64,000 nucleotides of DNA from Callorhinchus milii. Taxonomy: Eukaryota. Location of the stretch: the NCBI RefSeq assembly GCF_018977255.1, contig NW_024704742.1, positions 106,206,001 through 106,270,000 on the forward strand, given 5' to 3'. Below the pieces are notes generated by a model. It was not told the origin of the DNA. It did no database searches and saw nothing but the letters and a program-made list of their open reading frames with translations. Of the stretch, positions 62,991-64,000 are shown one piece after another; the first letter of the stretch is position 1; each line of letters starts with the position of its first letter. A program made the position numbers and the translations under genes.

Positions 62991-64000
62991 TGAAAGAAAA
63001 GACTAGCGTGGCATTTTTAAAACGTCTACCTTCTGTCACCATTCTGAACTGGCAGAGTGAATCTTCCAATAATACGTGGTCACAATACTACTTTAGTATT
63101 GTATTGTCATCTGGACTTTAGAGAACAGAGAGTCCTGACTCCAAACAAAGCAATCTGAGATCTAGACCTGTGATAGTGATGGACTGTGAGATTGCTCTGA
63201 TCTTTTCATTAGCACTGAATGTGAAAGTTTAGTCAGCATACTCTTTTAATTGAGGCTGGTATTTGAAGACTGTTCTCTGATCTCTTAACAGTGGTTGAAA
63301 AGATTATGGCCACCAGAGCTGAGTGAAATCTTGCTTATGATTGGCTCTTTAATTTGTTTACACTAGTGGAGAATCAAAAATATTGTCTCTTGTTCCTTAG
63401 TTAGAGAAAAAAAAGGCCTGAATAATTTAAATGAGTAATTCACTTGCTCATGGGAAGGGGAGGGGGACGAATAGCACTAGTGCTATTTTGAGGGTAAATG
63501 TAACTTCTAAAAAGGGCTGAGGTTCTGTTTTTCACTTTCTTTTTTTAAGAAAAGGAGTACGGACAAGAAACTGCTATTCAGTCTCTCAAATGTTCTCTTT
63601 CTGAACCTTTCAATGGCAATGGAGTTTACCAAATCTTATTTGTGAATAACCACATATCCAGATGCAAGAAAATAATAATGTTTTGGGAACTCCCTCTCCG
63701 ATTCCCTCCTACCCCCACCCCTGGCCTTGCCCAGATAATCCAGTGAAGCTCCTAAATATTGATCCATCGTTCTTGAACCCTGACCAGCTGGATTCAGCAG
63801 ATGACATTTTCATGGTCCCAGCAGCAGATGCGTCACAGCAAGCAATCACTGCCTTCATGTTGGTTCTGTGAGTACATTGTATCTAGACTCTGGCCATCCC
63901 AGTCAGCTACAAGCCTGAATTACATGATGCGGGAGGTATCGTTTTTATATTCAGTTAATTTGCTGTAAATGTGTCTTGTTCTCTGCAAACTGCACAAATC

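Overview
Eukaryotic (vertebrate) non-coding DNA, about 38-40% GC by eye. The repeat repertoire (a tRNA-headed SINE with an L2-type tail, Deu-domain SINEs, L2 and CR1 LINE remnants) looks like a cartilaginous fish, probably Callorhinchus milii; this is recognition from memory, not a database result. I find no credible host protein-coding gene, rRNA or CRISPR array. Most long ORFs are LINE/SINE fragments or simple repeats, and the rest show no motif I recognise. The window reads as a gene desert or very large intron. It holds several AT-rich, repeat-free blocks dense in homeodomain motifs (candidate conserved enhancers) among many nested retroposons. Less ordinary items: a ~662-bp candidate solo LTR; a decayed RTE/RTEX-like non-LTR element with RT and CCHC remnants; a U2 snRNA 5' fragment with a fold-back; a 60-nt pre-miRNA-like hairpin inside an old SINE; a ~70-bp A-tailed mini-repeat present five times; a MITE containing a copy of nearby DNA; and signs of SINE tail swapping with the local L2. 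I cannot support a claim of a wholly new biological system here. Most repeat boundaries are approximate.
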